Shown here in pieces: positions 38,309 to 49,093 of a DNA stretch of 64,000 bases. Source of the stretch: Longimicrobiales bacterium (GTDB lineage Bacteria; Gemmatimonadota; Gemmatimonadetes; Longimicrobiales; Gaopeijiaceae); assembly GCA_965204735.1 (NCBI GenBank), contig OZ242008.1, positions 256,001 to 320,000 on the forward strand. Reading direction: 5' to 3'. The notes under the pieces are model-generated. The model was not told where the DNA came from and ran no database searches. It saw nothing but the letters and a program-made list of their open reading frames with translations. Positions within the stretch are counted from its first letter, which is position 1. Every line of letters starts with the position of its first letter. The translations under genes and the position numbers were made by a program.

Positions 38309-38568
38309 CTTGACGGGACTCCGAGCGGTCGGCTGGCTCGCGGGCGCCCTCAAAGTAACCGGCTGGGAAGACTGCGGAAGCGCTTCAGGACGGCCTGCCG
38401 ACCGGTCCCGGCAGTCCCGGTCCTCGTGGAGCGGCCGAATCCGGCCCGCTCGGACGAATCCCCCTGGCACTCCGCAGGGTTCGACCTCAGATTCCGGTCG
38501 GCGTCCTCCGTCCCGGGATCGCTTCCCCCCAGCCCGTTGCCCACGCGCCCGACGATCAAGGAGAGACC

Positions 38569-39114
38569 ATGAAGCGCATTTCGCTGACGCTGGTCGGGGC
38601 CGCCGTTCTGGCGGTCTCCGGCTGCGCGCCGTCCAGAGACGAGGCGACCGACGCCTCCACCCCGACGAGGGCCCGCCACAGCCCAACCGACGCCGACCGC
38701 GAGGCCGTCCTCGCGACCGTCCAATCGATCTTCGACGCGCTGGCGGCGGGCGACGGCGAGACGCTGCGACGGGTCATGCACCCGCAAGTCCTGATGCACT
38801 CGGTGGAGCGGTCGGCCGACGGGGCGCGAACGATCTCCACGTCCACCCTGGAAGAGCTGGTCGCTCGGGTGGAGGGCAGCGACGCCGTGCTCACGGAGCG
38901 GATGTTCGACCCGGAGGTGCGGGTCAGCGGCGACTTGGCCATGGTGTGGACGCCCTACGACTTCTATGTGGGCGACCAGCTCAGCCATTGCGGCGCCGAC
39001 GGCCTCCTGCTGGCGCGGAACGCCGAGACGGAGACGTGGCAGATCGTCTCGCTCTCGTGGACCCGCCTTCAGCCGCCGGAGTGCGAGCTGCATCCGGACG
39101 GGCCTCCGGCGTAA
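38569..39114 (+). CDS. NTF2-like (SnoaL-like) lipoprotein
   Basis: AAGGAG RBS; lipobox VSGC; GDLAMVWTPYDFYV...SHCG, WQIVSL. Confidence 0.8.
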   Translation: MKRISLTLVGAAVLAVSGCAPSRDEATDASTPTRARHSPTDADREAVLATVQSIFDALAAGDGETLRRVMHPQVLMHSVERSADGARTISTSTLEELVARVEGSDAVLTERMFDPEVRVSGDLAMVWTPYDFYVGDQLSHCGADGLLLARNAETETWQIVSLSWTRLQPPECELHPDGPPA

Positions 39115-39171
39115 GGGACCGCGCCGCTCCATGTGGGACCGGGACCGGCGCCGGCCTGCGGGGCGGGTCGC

Positions 39172-40797
39172 TCAGCCGTTCCGCCGCCACTCCTCCGCGT
39201 AGGTTCGTCCGAAGCGGTCGGTGGCTTCCACAGTCACGACCGACTCGCCCCCGTCCAGCGACGCGCGGAAGAGGTGATCGGTGGGCACAGGGTCCACCCA
39301 GGGGCGTCGCGCCGGAAGGTCGGGCCCGCTGTGCAGCTCGACGCTGAGGGGGTCGGGTCCGCGCCGGCGCTCCATCGCGCTCCGGGGCTCGCCGTCGCCG
39401 AACCAGCGCACCGTCCACTCGGGGTCCCAGTCCCACACGTTGGCCAGAAGGTCGCCGGGCGCCGCGGGATCGGCGCCGGGCGCGTAGAGGCGCATCTGGT
39501 GGTCGGCGGGCCGTCCCGTGGTCTTGCAGCGCCACGTCACTTCTTCTCCCCGCACTTGGTACAGGCAATAGCCGTTCGGGGCGCCGTCCCAGCAGATCGG
39601 GCCGCTCCACCACGCGCCGCACACCGCGCCGACGACATGCTCGTGAACGCCTTGGCCGAAGAGGTGTTCGGACTCGTGGAGGTGGCCGACCAGGACATGA
39701 GCCCGGAAGGACTCGAGCAGCCGGTAGAGGGCGTCGCGGTTGGCTATGGCCGAGTTCACGCGCGGCGACTCCTCTCCTCGACGCGCATAGTGGCTTCCCA
39801 AGACGGGTATGTGGGTCGCCACGACTACGGGCGAGCCGGGCTCCATCCGCGCCAAGTCCCGCTCCAGCCACACCAGCGTGGCGTCGTCCAAGTAGCCGAT
39901 GTACCCGCTTCCGTACCAGAAGACGTCGTCCAGCACCACGTAGTGAACGGCGCCTCGGTCGAATGAGTAGTTGCGCGGACCGAAGTGGCGGCAGAAGGTC
40001 TCCGTCGAGCCTTCGTCGGTCGGGCGGTTCCTGTCCAGGTCGTGGTTGCCGACGACCTGGAAGAAGGGGACGCCGAGCCTCCGGACGCCGCTCTCGTAGG
40101 CCGGGTAAAGAGCCAGGTCGTCGTACATGATGTCGCCGCATGCGATGCCGAAGACGTGCTCGTCGCCCATTCCGCGCAACGACTCCTGCAAGTCGGGAAC
40201 GGTCTGCGCAAGGAACCAGTCCATCTCCTGCTGGTCCTGGGTCTGGATGTCGCCCAGCAGCAGAAGAGTGTGGTGGTCGTGGGACGCCGGGTCTCGCTCC
40301 AAGTCGAACGCGACCGTCTGCTCCGATGCCGCGGTCAGCGGCTGGTAGAAGCGAGCGGTCCCCGACGGATTCTGGGGAACCCGACAGCCGGACGGCACCG
40401 AATGCCACACGAACTCCTGCCCGGTGCTGGTGACGATCTCGAAGGCGCCGTCCGCCTCGGTCTCGACGACCTGGAGGCCGTCGGAAACCGCGACTCCGCC
40501 CAGCCCGCGTCCGTCCGCCCGCACGACGCCCCGAACTCGAACGGGCACGGTTGCCGAGTTGCCGGCCAACCGACTTCCGGCGCCCGCCGCCCCTCCGCCG
40601 AACGCCGAACGCGCCCCGCCAGGCAGCGGCGCGTAGGGGTCCGCCAGCAGTCGTTCGGGCGACAAGACGGCCCCGGCAAGCCCGGCTGCCCCCGCCTTCA
40701 GGAACGCCCGCCGCGACGAACGCGCTGCCGAAGGCCTCGAAGGCCCTGGGACAGGAGGCCGTGGCGAGCCCGCCGTGGGAGTCGTGGTCGTGCTCAT
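39172..40797 (-). CDS. Tat-exported calcineurin-like metallophosphoesterase
   Basis: SSRRAFLK Tat motif; GDIQ, CGDIMYD, GNHD, THIP, GHLH, CWDGAPNGY. Confidence 0.88.
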   Translation of the reverse strand: MSTTTTPTAGSPRPPVPGPSRPSAARSSRRAFLKAGAAGLAGAVLSPERLLADPYAPLPGGARSAFGGGAAGAGSRLAGNSATVPVRVRGVVRADGRGLGGVAVSDGLQVVETEADGAFEIVTSTGQEFVWHSVPSGCRVPQNPSGTARFYQPLTAASEQTVAFDLERDPASHDHHTLLLLGDIQTQDQQEMDWFLAQTVPDLQESLRGMGDEHVFGIACGDIMYDDLALYPAYESGVRRLGVPFFQVVGNHDLDRNRPTDEGSTETFCRHFGPRNYSFDRGAVHYVVLDDVFWYGSGYIGYLDDATLVWLERDLARMEPGSPVVVATHIPVLGSHYARRGEESPRVNSAIANRDALYRLLESFRAHVLVGHLHESEHLFGQGVHEHVVGAVCGAWWSGPICWDGAPNGYCLYQVRGEEVTWRCKTTGRPADHQMRLYAPGADPAAPGDLLANVWDWDPEWTVRWFGDGEPRSAMERRRGPDPLSVELHSGPDLPARRPWVDPVPTDHLFRASLDGGESVVTVEATDRFGRTYAEEWRRNG

Positions 40798-40873
40798 GGT
40801 TCACCCTTCCGTTACGCGTTTGTTGCAGTCAAGCGGTCGGTTCGCTATCGGGGGTTGTGTTCGTTCTTGGCGG

Positions 40874-41425
40874 ATGCCCTTGAAGAGGAGCCGATTCGTC
40901 CAAGTGCACACGGCAAGCCCAATCGATGTGGCGCCGACCGATCTTGTCCCGTTCCTGTCGGTCCCGTCCCCTCCGCGACGTTGCGATCCCGTCGTCCTTG
41001 CGGCCGCCCTCGAGCGGGTGCACAAGGCAGGGCTTCGGCACGGGTTCGTGCTGGTCGCGCCGACCTTCGCCGACCGCGACCAGGCGTGGTGGTCCGCGCT
41101 CTGCGAACGGATCAGGAAGGAAGTCCGCGTCGGTGTCGTCGTCGTCGGCAAGCGCGCCAGGGAGTGGCCCACGTCCGAGGAGCAGCGCCGGCCCGGCAAG
41201 CGCTGCGTAGCGACGGCGACCGGGGTTTCTCCCAAGGAGCGCGCCGGCCTCGTGGAAGTGGCCAGAGGCGTGTGCACCGGCGCCCGGACGCTCCTGGCAG
41301 AGGCGACGGCGACGGGAACTCCCGCCTTCCAGCCCGGCCGGATCGACGGCGAGCTTCGCGACGGCGCCTTGCGGGAGCTGATGGCCGGCCGGTACGCCCG
41401 GACGCTGTCGGCCACCGCCGCGTAG
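40874..41425 (+). CDS. Hypothetical protein
   Basis: 183-aa ORF filling the gap between two minus-strand genes; no motif recognised. Confidence 0.45.
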   Translation: MPLKRSRFVQVHTASPIDVAPTDLVPFLSVPSPPRRCDPVVLAAALERVHKAGLRHGFVLVAPTFADRDQAWWSALCERIRKEVRVGVVVVGKRAREWPTSEEQRRPGKRCVATATGVSPKERAGLVEVARGVCTGARTLLAEATATGTPAFQPGRIDGELRDGALRELMAGRYARTLSATAA

Positions 41426-41435
41426 CCGTTCGCCC

Positions 41436-42782
41436 CTACCCTCTTTCCAAACCCCACGCCTGCACGTACTCGGCGTCGAATTCGTCCGTCGTCTTGCCCA
41501 GGACGTAGTCGGCGCCGATCTCGTACACGTCCAGTTGGGCAGGCGTTTCGACCAAGCCCAGCGCGACGCCTTCCTGGTCGAAGACCGTCCAGGTGATCGG
41601 CGACTGGTCGTCCTCGGGTCGCTTGAACTCGGCGACCCACAGATAGCCCAGCGCGTCGCCGCGAACCGGGCCGAACGCCGGGAAGCTTTCGACCATGGGC
41701 ACGTTGGGCGCCACTTCCTGGTACTGCGCGCGGGAGCCCTCGGGCCGCGACGCGATGTAGCTCCGCAGGCTGGCGTCCAAGTCCGTCGCGGTGGGCGGCG
41801 GCACGACGTTGTCCCTTCGCACGATCCGCGCAAGCGTGCCGTCGCTTCGGTACCCGCGGATCTCGTAGCTCTCCGTCCGGCCGAGAGCCGCCAAGTCGCC
41901 CCAGACCGCCCACTCGGTCGTCTTGCCGAAGGGGTGACGGATCGGCGTCAGGTAGACCATCCTGTCCTCGGGCACCTCGACCGACTCGGTGTACGTTTCC
42001 GGTCCGCCGTGGCCTCCCAGGCTGGCCACGGTCCCGTCGGCGCTCTTCAGTTCGTAGAAGTGCTCCTGACGCCAGAAGCCGTCGGTCCGATGAAAGTCGC
42101 CGGTTCGGGTCAGCAACGTTCGGTCGGGGAGGACGTCCAGCGCGACGTGACCATACGCACCTGATCCGGAGAGCCTTTGCAGAGTAGCGCTTGCCCCGCC
42201 TTCCAGCTTGGTGGTCCTTCCATGGCTTCCGTCCGCGAAGAAGATCGTCACGCGTTCGTGCCCCACGTCGGAGGCCATGATCGAGTCGCCGGGCCAACGA
42301 GCAATCCGGCCCAAGGACGCGAACTCGCCCGGTCCCTCTCCCGGGCCGCCCCAGGCTGCTTGGTACGTGCCCGCGGCGTCGAAGACCAGCAGCTGACTGG
42401 AACCGGCGTTGGCGACGACGATCCTCCCGTCGGCGAGCTTCGTCGCGTCTCCGACCCGGTGCAGCTGCCAATCGCCTTCGCCCTCCTGCGTGCCGATCGA
42501 CGCCACCGGGGACGCGCTCACCGTCCACCCCAGCCGCGACCCCTCCGGCGGCTTGGCGTTCTCCACCACGACGACGCCCGCGCTGTCCCGCATCCCGTAC
42601 TCGACCGGCCGGGCGGATTCGGACCCGGGCGCGTCGGAGCCCGCGTCGCACGCTGCGGCCAACGCCGCTCCGGCGGCAGCTCCGGCCAGCCGGCGCACTG
42701 CCGCCGCCCACGTCGGCGTCCGGCCGGCCGCCGTCGACCCCGGTGGTCCGCTTGCCCTCGTCGCCTTCTCCTGCTTGGTCAT
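41436..42782 (-). CDS. 6-bladed beta-propeller (NHL-like) lipoprotein
   Basis: GGAG RBS; lipobox LAAAC; RDSAGVVVVEN, GGPGEGPGEF, D..G.LWV, WTVFD..G. Confidence 0.8.
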   Translation of the reverse strand: MTKQEKATRASGPPGSTAAGRTPTWAAAVRRLAGAAAGAALAAACDAGSDAPGSESARPVEYGMRDSAGVVVVENAKPPEGSRLGWTVSASPVASIGTQEGEGDWQLHRVGDATKLADGRIVVANAGSSQLLVFDAAGTYQAAWGGPGEGPGEFASLGRIARWPGDSIMASDVGHERVTIFFADGSHGRTTKLEGGASATLQRLSGSGAYGHVALDVLPDRTLLTRTGDFHRTDGFWRQEHFYELKSADGTVASLGGHGGPETYTESVEVPEDRMVYLTPIRHPFGKTTEWAVWGDLAALGRTESYEIRGYRSDGTLARIVRRDNVVPPPTATDLDASLRSYIASRPEGSRAQYQEVAPNVPMVESFPAFGPVRGDALGYLWVAEFKRPEDDQSPITWTVFDQEGVALGLVETPAQLDVYEIGADYVLGKTTDEFDAEYVQAWGLERG

Positions 42783-42831
42783 GCTCCCTCCATGGGTTGC
42801 GTGGTCCCCGGGCCCAGGGTCGACGAACCGC

Positions 42832-44577
42832 TCAGCGCGCATGACGCACCACCCCTCCGACGATCGTCAGGTCCACCTGCGCCTCCGGCAACTCGGCGTC
42901 GGGCACGGCGAGGATGTTCCGGTCCAGCACCACGATGTCGCCCAGTTTGCCGACCTCCAGCGAGCCCTTGTACTCCTCTTCGAACGCGGCGATGGCGTTG
43001 TTGATCGTGTAGCTGCGCAGCGCCTCGATTCGAGTCATGCGCTGATCGGGGTAGAAGACGCTGCCGTCGACTGTCTTGCGGGCGACCGACGAGTAGAAGC
43101 TGGCCAGGGGGTCGATGTCCTCGACCGGCACGTCGGTGCCGTTGTTGACCAGCACGCCCGCGTCGAGGAAGGCGCGCCAGACGTAGGCGCCGGATTCCGC
43201 CCTGGCGTCGCCCAGCCGGCGGGGTATCCAGGGCGCGTCCGAAGTCGCGTGGATCCCTTGCATGGAAGCGATGATCCCCAGCTCCGCAAAGCGCTGCACG
43301 TCGTCCGGATGCACGTGCTGCGCGTGTTCGATCCGCCAGCGGAGGTCGCTGCCGTCCACGCCTGCGGAGTCGAAGACGGATTCGTAGATGTCCAGGACCT
43401 CGCGGTTCGCCCGGTCGCCGATGGCGTGGGTGTTCACTTGAAAGCCGTGCTTGATCGCCACGTGGGCGGTGCCGACGATCTCTTCCACCGTGTCCAGCAC
43501 AAGTCCCACGGACGACGGCATGTCCTCGTAGGGCTCCAGCAGCCAAGCTCCGTGGGACCCGAGCGCCCCGTCGATCTGGCGCTTGATGGAACGCACGGTC
43601 AAGTAGTCGTCGCCTTCGGACGGCATGTAGTAGTCGGCCAAGCGGGCGTCCATCTCGTCGTTGGATTGTCGCCGGACCATGACGTAGAGGCGAACCGGCA
43701 GCGCGCCCTCCGCCTCCATCGCCTTGAGGCGGTCGATTGTGGCAAAGCTCGCCCCGGCGTCCTGAAACGACGTGACTCCCTTTGACAGCGCCTCCTCGGC
43801 GGCCAGCGCGACCTCGCGGCGGAAAACGGCTTCCACGTCCTCCGCAGAGCGGGCGGACTGGGCTTCGGCGAAGGCTGCCGAGACCGGACGCTGTGCGGTT
43901 TCGCGCAGAAGTCCGGTGAGTTCGCCCTGGGCGTCGCGGACCAGCTCGCCGCCGGGGGGCGGAGCCGAGTCCCGGTCGTATCCCGCCATTTCCAGCGCCA
44001 GGGCGTTGGCGAAGGCGGCGTGGCCGGATGCGTGTCCCAGCAAGACGGGGTTGTCGGGACTCGCGGCGGAGAGGGAGGCGTGAAGAGGCGCGCCCTCCAC
44101 CGCGGGCTCCGGCGGCCGGTCCCACTTCTCCTGATGCCAGCCCCTGCCGCGAATCCATTCGCCGGGCTCGGCTTCCGCCGCGGCAGCCGCCACCATGGCG
44201 ACGATCTCGTCCCAGTTCGCGACGTTGTTCAGGTTCAGGATCGTCTTGGAGTTGCCCAGGCTCATGTAGTGGCCGTGGCCTTCGATGAAGCCCGGAACGG
44301 CCAGGCGTCCGTCGAGCTCGACCACCTCGGTGCCGTCGCCGACGAAGGTCTCGATCTCCTCGTCGCTGCCCACGGCGACGATCCATGCCCCTCGGACCGC
44401 GACCGCCTCGACCATTGCGTCGTCCTGGTCCACGGTGGCGACCAAGCCGCCGCGCAGAACCAGGTCGGCAGGCTCCGCCGGCTCGGTCGTTTCGCTGGAA
44501 CAAGCCGCCAGGGTTGCCGCCAGCACGGGGAGGCCGGCAACGGCCGCTCGGGCGACGAGGTGGCTGCAAGGGATCAT
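42832..44577 (-). CDS. Amidohydrolase 3 (YtcJ-like) lipoprotein
   Basis: Lipobox LAAC; PGFIEGHGH, DGALGSHGA, HAIGDRA, WRIEHAQ, GTDVPVE. Confidence 0.9.
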   Translation of the reverse strand: MIPCSHLVARAAVAGLPVLAATLAACSSETTEPAEPADLVLRGGLVATVDQDDAMVEAVAVRGAWIVAVGSDEEIETFVGDGTEVVELDGRLAVPGFIEGHGHYMSLGNSKTILNLNNVANWDEIVAMVAAAAAEAEPGEWIRGRGWHQEKWDRPPEPAVEGAPLHASLSAASPDNPVLLGHASGHAAFANALALEMAGYDRDSAPPPGGELVRDAQGELTGLLRETAQRPVSAAFAEAQSARSAEDVEAVFRREVALAAEEALSKGVTSFQDAGASFATIDRLKAMEAEGALPVRLYVMVRRQSNDEMDARLADYYMPSEGDDYLTVRSIKRQIDGALGSHGAWLLEPYEDMPSSVGLVLDTVEEIVGTAHVAIKHGFQVNTHAIGDRANREVLDIYESVFDSAGVDGSDLRWRIEHAQHVHPDDVQRFAELGIIASMQGIHATSDAPWIPRRLGDARAESGAYVWRAFLDAGVLVNNGTDVPVEDIDPLASFYSSVARKTVDGSVFYPDQRMTRIEALRSYTINNAIAAFEEEYKGSLEVGKLGDIVVLDRNILAVPDAELPEAQVDLTIVGGVVRHAR

Positions 44578-44849
44578 TCCTGGCGTCCGGTCCTTGGGGG
44601 GCGAGCGCGGGCGGCGGCACGGCGGGCGGGTTGGCCCCGGCTCGACGAAGCAAGATGCCGTCCTGGCGGGCGACAGGCAAGCGGCAAGCTCCCGGTCGCG
44701 GGTCCGCCCGGACGCCCACCCGCGCGGGCAACCATGCTGCTGGGGCTGGCCGCCGGGCCTCTGCGACGCAGCCGGGATACGGCGTTGCTCCAGGCGCCCC
44801 GGGCGGCTACGTTGCTTGCCCCAAGGTGGACCGTCGAGAAGGAGAACCG

Positions 44850-46295
44850 ATGACCAAGCCAGCTGTTCGCTTCGGCGGGCCTCCGTGGCTCGCGATTGCC
44901 TGCCTGTCGTGCGCCGTGGGGCTGGCAGCCCCTTTGGCCGGGCAACGTCCCCTCCCTGGTTCCGAGGCGGCGGCCTACGTTGCCGTCGACGCGCCTGTGG
45001 TGGCGCTCCGGGATGTGACGCTGCTGGACGGCGCCGGCGGACCCGCCAGGCGCAATCAGACGGTGGTGCTGCAGGGGAACCGGATCGCCGCCGTAGGTGC
45101 GAGAGACGTTGTCGCCGTCCCGGAGGACGCCTACGTCGTGGAGTTGGCGGGCCATACGGTCATGCCGGGAATGGTCGGACTGCACAACCACCTCTTCTAC
45201 ATGGCGGCCGGTGGGCGGATGCATCCGATGAGCTATACGGGCCAGCGCTTGTACCTGGCGTCGGGCGTGACCACGATCCGCACGACCGGAAGCCTGGCGA
45301 CCTACGCCGAGATCAACCTGAAGGACGAGATCGAGCAAGGCTTGCAGCCCGGGCCTCGCATACACGTCACGGCGCCGTACATGACCGGCGATCAAAGCCT
45401 CGACATCATGACTCGGCTGAAGGACCCCGAACAGGCACGGCGCTTCGTGCGGTACTGGGCCGCCGAAGGGGCGACGTGGCTGAAGGCGTACACGACGATC
45501 CGCACCGAGGAGTTGTCTGCGGCGATCGACGAAGCGCACAAGGCGGGGTTGAAGGTTACTGGTCACTTGTGCTCGATCACCTTCAAGGAAGCCGTGGAAC
45601 TGGGCATCGACAACATCGAGCATGGTCTGGCGACCAACAGCGACTACTCGGCCGACAAAGTCAAGGACGAATGTCCCGCCGATCTTTGGCAAACGGCGGC
45701 GACCGTCGACGTGGAAGGGCCGGAGGCGCACTCCACCTTCAAGGCGATGATCGACGCGGGCGTCGCAATGACTTCGACGCTTGCCGTCTACGAACTCTTT
45801 GTGCAGGGTCGGCCCACGCGCGACCGTCGCACCCTCGACGCCATGGCGCCGGCCGTTCGGGAGGACTACTTGGCAGCCAAGGCGGAGATCGACGAGATCG
45901 GTCGTCCCGAGGCCGGATTTCTCAACGCCATGGCCTACGAGAAGGCGTTCCACGACGCCGGCGGCCTGCTGGCGGCGGGGGTGGATCCGACGGGCAACGG
46001 CGGTGCGCTCCCCGGCTACGGCGACCAGCGCAACTACGAGCTCTTCATCGAGGCGGGCTTCACTCCCGAAGCGGCAGTCCAGGTGCTGAGCGCCAACGGC
46101 GCCCGCGTTCTCGGCGTCTTCGACGAGCTGGGCGCGGTCGAGGCGGGCAAGCTTGCCGACCTGGTGGTCATGCGCGGGGACCTGACGTCCGACCCGTCGG
46201 TGGTCCGCAACGTCACCTTGGTCTTCAAGGACGGCGTGGGGTACGACTCGGCGGCGATGCTTGCCGACGTGCAGGGAAGGGTTGGAATCAACTGA
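44850..46295 (+). CDS. Exported amidohydrolase family protein
   Basis: AAGGAG RBS, ATG 44850; MPGMVGLHNH, SGVTTIRT, IEHG, GKLADLVV. Confidence 0.88.
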   Translation: MTKPAVRFGGPPWLAIACLSCAVGLAAPLAGQRPLPGSEAAAYVAVDAPVVALRDVTLLDGAGGPARRNQTVVLQGNRIAAVGARDVVAVPEDAYVVELAGHTVMPGMVGLHNHLFYMAAGGRMHPMSYTGQRLYLASGVTTIRTTGSLATYAEINLKDEIEQGLQPGPRIHVTAPYMTGDQSLDIMTRLKDPEQARRFVRYWAAEGATWLKAYTTIRTEELSAAIDEAHKAGLKVTGHLCSITFKEAVELGIDNIEHGLATNSDYSADKVKDECPADLWQTAATVDVEGPEAHSTFKAMIDAGVAMTSTLAVYELFVQGRPTRDRRTLDAMAPAVREDYLAAKAEIDEIGRPEAGFLNAMAYEKAFHDAGGLLAAGVDPTGNGGALPGYGDQRNYELFIEAGFTPEAAVQVLSANGARVLGVFDELGAVEAGKLADLVVMRGDLTSDPSVVRNVTLVFKDGVGYDSAAMLADVQGRVGIN

Positions 46296-46375
46296 CTCGG
46301 GGAGCCCGGCGCCCGACGTTCGACGCGGCGCTTGCGAGAGTTGTTGTCGACGCTGCGCTGAAGGCGACGGGCGTC

Positions 46376-49093
46376 GTGTTGTGGGCTGGATGCTTCTTCA
46401 GCGTTGCGGCGTTGCAGGCGAAGACTCCCGGTCATGAAGCGCTCGCCAAAGGCCGGTACGACGACGCCGTCCGTCTCCTCCGCCCCGCCGCCCTGGACGG
46501 CGACCCCCTTGCGTTGTCGGGTTGGATCACCGCCTTGCACGAGACCGGCGCCTACGACGACGCGGCGCGAGCGGCCCGGACGGCGATCGGGCGGGGCGTG
46601 CCCGGCGCTCGGGCCCACCTGGGCGCGACCCTGCTCCGGGTGGGCCGCATCGACGAGGCCCGGGCGGCCCTGCAAGCTGCCGCCGGGGACCCCGGCCCCC
46701 CCGGCGCGCTCGCGCGAGTCGAGCTTGGCGTCCTGGAGTACCAGTACGGCGACCGGGACGCCGCCCGCGCCCTCTTCGACGGCTTCATCGACTACTACAA
46801 CGGCGCGGGCGGCGCCATGGCCCGGCTCTCGGCCGAAGAGCTCGTGGCAGTGGGTCGCGCCCTCGCGCACCTCTCGCGCTGGGACTACGAGTACGCCCAC
46901 GACGCCCTCCGCGCCCTCGACGAGGCCCAGGCGGTCGGCCCGCTGGACCACTCCGCCAGGTTGGCGCTGGGCGAACTCTTCCTGGAGCGCTACGACGCCG
47001 CCCAGGCAGCCGAGGCGTTCCGCGCCGTCCTCGCCCGGAACCCGAGCCACGCAGGAGCCCGCTTCGGCCTTGCCCGGGTGGCCCGACTGGAGGGCGGCGG
47101 CAGCCCGTCGGCGTCGCTGGACGCGGCCCTGGCGACCAACCCCAACCTTGTGGGCGCCCGCGTCCTCCGGGCGCGCCTCCTGCTGCTCGGCGGCGACCGC
47201 GCCGCCGCGCTGGAGGAAGTCGAGCGCGCCCTGGCCGCAAACGGGGCGGACCTGGAGGCTCTCGGTGCAAAGGCCGCCATTCATCACCTGGCGGGCGAGG
47301 CAATCGCCTTCGGCGCCGCCATGGACCGCATCCGCCAGCTGACCAATCGGCCGACCCAGCCCTACATCGTCCTGGCGGAGCTCGCCGCCGATCATCGGAA
47401 GTACCCCGACGCCCTCGGCTTCGCCCTCTCGGCGGTCGACGCCGACGCCGGCAGCTGGACCGGCTGGGGCCTCGCGGGCCTCAATCAACTCCGCCTGGGC
47501 CGAGTGGACGAGGGACGCAGGCACCTCGAGCGGGCCTTCGCCGGCGACCCCTTCAACCTCTGGTTCAAGAACACCTTGGACCTGCTGGACACCTTCGCCG
47601 AGTACCGAACCGTCGAGACCGAGCACTTCCGCCTCGTCCTTCACGAGTCGGAGGCCGACCTGCTGGCGCCGTACATGGCCGCCGTCGCCGAGCGCGCCCA
47701 CGGCCAGATGTCCCGGCGCTACGGATACGCGCCCCCCGAGCCGATCCGCGTGGAGGCGTATCCTCGTCACGCCGACTTCTCCGTGCGGACCGGCGGCCTC
47801 GTCGGAATCGGCGCGCTGGGCGTCAGCTTCGGGCCCGCTCTGGCCATTGACTCGCCCTCGGCGCGCGAGCGGGGGAGCTTCAACTGGGCCTCCACGCTCT
47901 GGCACGAGATCGCCCACTCGTTCCACATCGGGGTGTCGAACGGCGAGGTGCCCCGATGGTTCTCCGAGGGACTGGCGGTCCACGAGCAACGGAAGGGGGA
48001 CCCGACCTGGGGGCGGCACCCCGGCGTCGGCTTCGTCCGCACCCTCGCCTCCGGCGGACTCCGCCCCGTGAGCGAGCTGGACCGAGGCTTCTCCAATCCG
48101 CGCCGTCCGGCCGAAGTCGCCGAGAGCTACCTGCAGGCGTCGCTGGTCTTCGAGCTGATCGAAGCGCGCCACGGCTTTCCGGCCATCCTCGACATGCTCC
48201 TGGCCTACCGCGACGGCGCCAGCAACGAGGAGGCCTTCGAGGCCGCGCTGGGGGTTCGCTTGGAGGTCTTCGACGAGGAGTTCGAGAAGCATCTGACGGA
48301 CCGGTTCGCGGCGGCCATCTCCTCGGTGGGAGCGGAGCCGCCGGAGGGAATGTCTCGGGACCTGGCGCAAGCGCGGGCGGCGGTTGCCCAGGACCCAGGT
48401 CGCTTCGAGTCCCGAATGGCCCTTGCGCGCGCCCTGTACGACGACGGCCAGATGGAGGACGCGGCTCGGCACTTCGAGGCGGCCCTGCGTCTCTTCCCCC
48501 AGTACGGCGGTCCCGACGGCGCCCACTGGTACTTGGGCCGCATCCGCGAGCGGGCCGGCGACCGGGAGGCCGCCGTCGACCACTACCGGGCCCTTCTGCG
48601 CCTGAACGAGAGTCACTACGAAGGCCGGGTCGCCCTGGCGAGAGCGCTGGCTCCGTACGACGACTCGACTGCCCGCGCCGCTGGTCCGCCCAGCCCCGTC
48701 GTCGGCGACGGCACAGGCGCCCCGGCGGGATTGGCCGCCGCCGCCGAGGTGCTCCGCGGCGTGCCCTTTGTCGACCCCTTCAACATTGCGGACCACGAGC
48801 GGTTGGCCGAGATCTGCGAGGAGCTGGGCGACTGGGAAGGCGCGTCGGTGGCCAGGCGGGCCGTTCTGGCACTGGAGCCCGTCGACCGCGCATCGGCTCT
48901 CTTTCGCTTGGCGCGCGTACTGTACAGGGGCGGCGACCGCGCCGAAGCCCGACGCCAAGTGCTCGCCGCTCTGGAGATCGCTCCCAACTACGAAGACGCC
49001 TTGGACCTCCTCCTGCAGCTCCGACGCGATCGAGGCGACCAGCGGCGCGAGGCCGCGAACCCGACCTCGGGGCTGGCCGGGCTCAACCGGTGA
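46376..49093 (+). CDS. Exported TPR-repeat protein with a peptidase MA-like (HExxH) domain
   Basis: Multiple TPR-like helical repeats; LWHEIAH...VPRWFSEGLA; start uncertain (GTG 46376). Confidence 0.8.
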   Translation: MLWAGCFFSVAALQAKTPGHEALAKGRYDDAVRLLRPAALDGDPLALSGWITALHETGAYDDAARAARTAIGRGVPGARAHLGATLLRVGRIDEARAALQAAAGDPGPPGALARVELGVLEYQYGDRDAARALFDGFIDYYNGAGGAMARLSAEELVAVGRALAHLSRWDYEYAHDALRALDEAQAVGPLDHSARLALGELFLERYDAAQAAEAFRAVLARNPSHAGARFGLARVARLEGGGSPSASLDAALATNPNLVGARVLRARLLLLGGDRAAALEEVERALAANGADLEALGAKAAIHHLAGEAIAFGAAMDRIRQLTNRPTQPYIVLAELAADHRKYPDALGFALSAVDADAGSWTGWGLAGLNQLRLGRVDEGRRHLERAFAGDPFNLWFKNTLDLLDTFAEYRTVETEHFRLVLHESEADLLAPYMAAVAERAHGQMSRRYGYAPPEPIRVEAYPRHADFSVRTGGLVGIGALGVSFGPALAIDSPSARERGSFNWASTLWHEIAHSFHIGVSNGEVPRWFSEGLAVHEQRKGDPTWGRHPGVGFVRTLASGGLRPVSELDRGFSNPRRPAEVAESYLQASLVFELIEARHGFPAILDMLLAYRDGASNEEAFEAALGVRLEVFDEEFEKHLTDRFAAAISSVGAEPPEGMSRDLAQARAAVAQDPGRFESRMALARALYDDGQMEDAARHFEAALRLFPQYGGPDGAHWYLGRIRERAGDREAAVDHYRALLRLNESHYEGRVALARALAPYDDSTARAAGPPSPVVGDGTGAPAGLAAAAEVLRGVPFVDPFNIADHERLAEICEELGDWEGASVARRAVLALEPVDRASALFRLARVLYRGGDRAEARRQVLAALEIAPNYEDALDLLLQLRRDRGDQRREAANPTSGLAGLNR

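Noticed and set aside
44285..46375. N-terminal half of the 1602-aa ORF
   Set aside because: Arg/Gly-rich shadow frame overlapping the amidohydrolase genes; TPR-like sequence begins near 46376.
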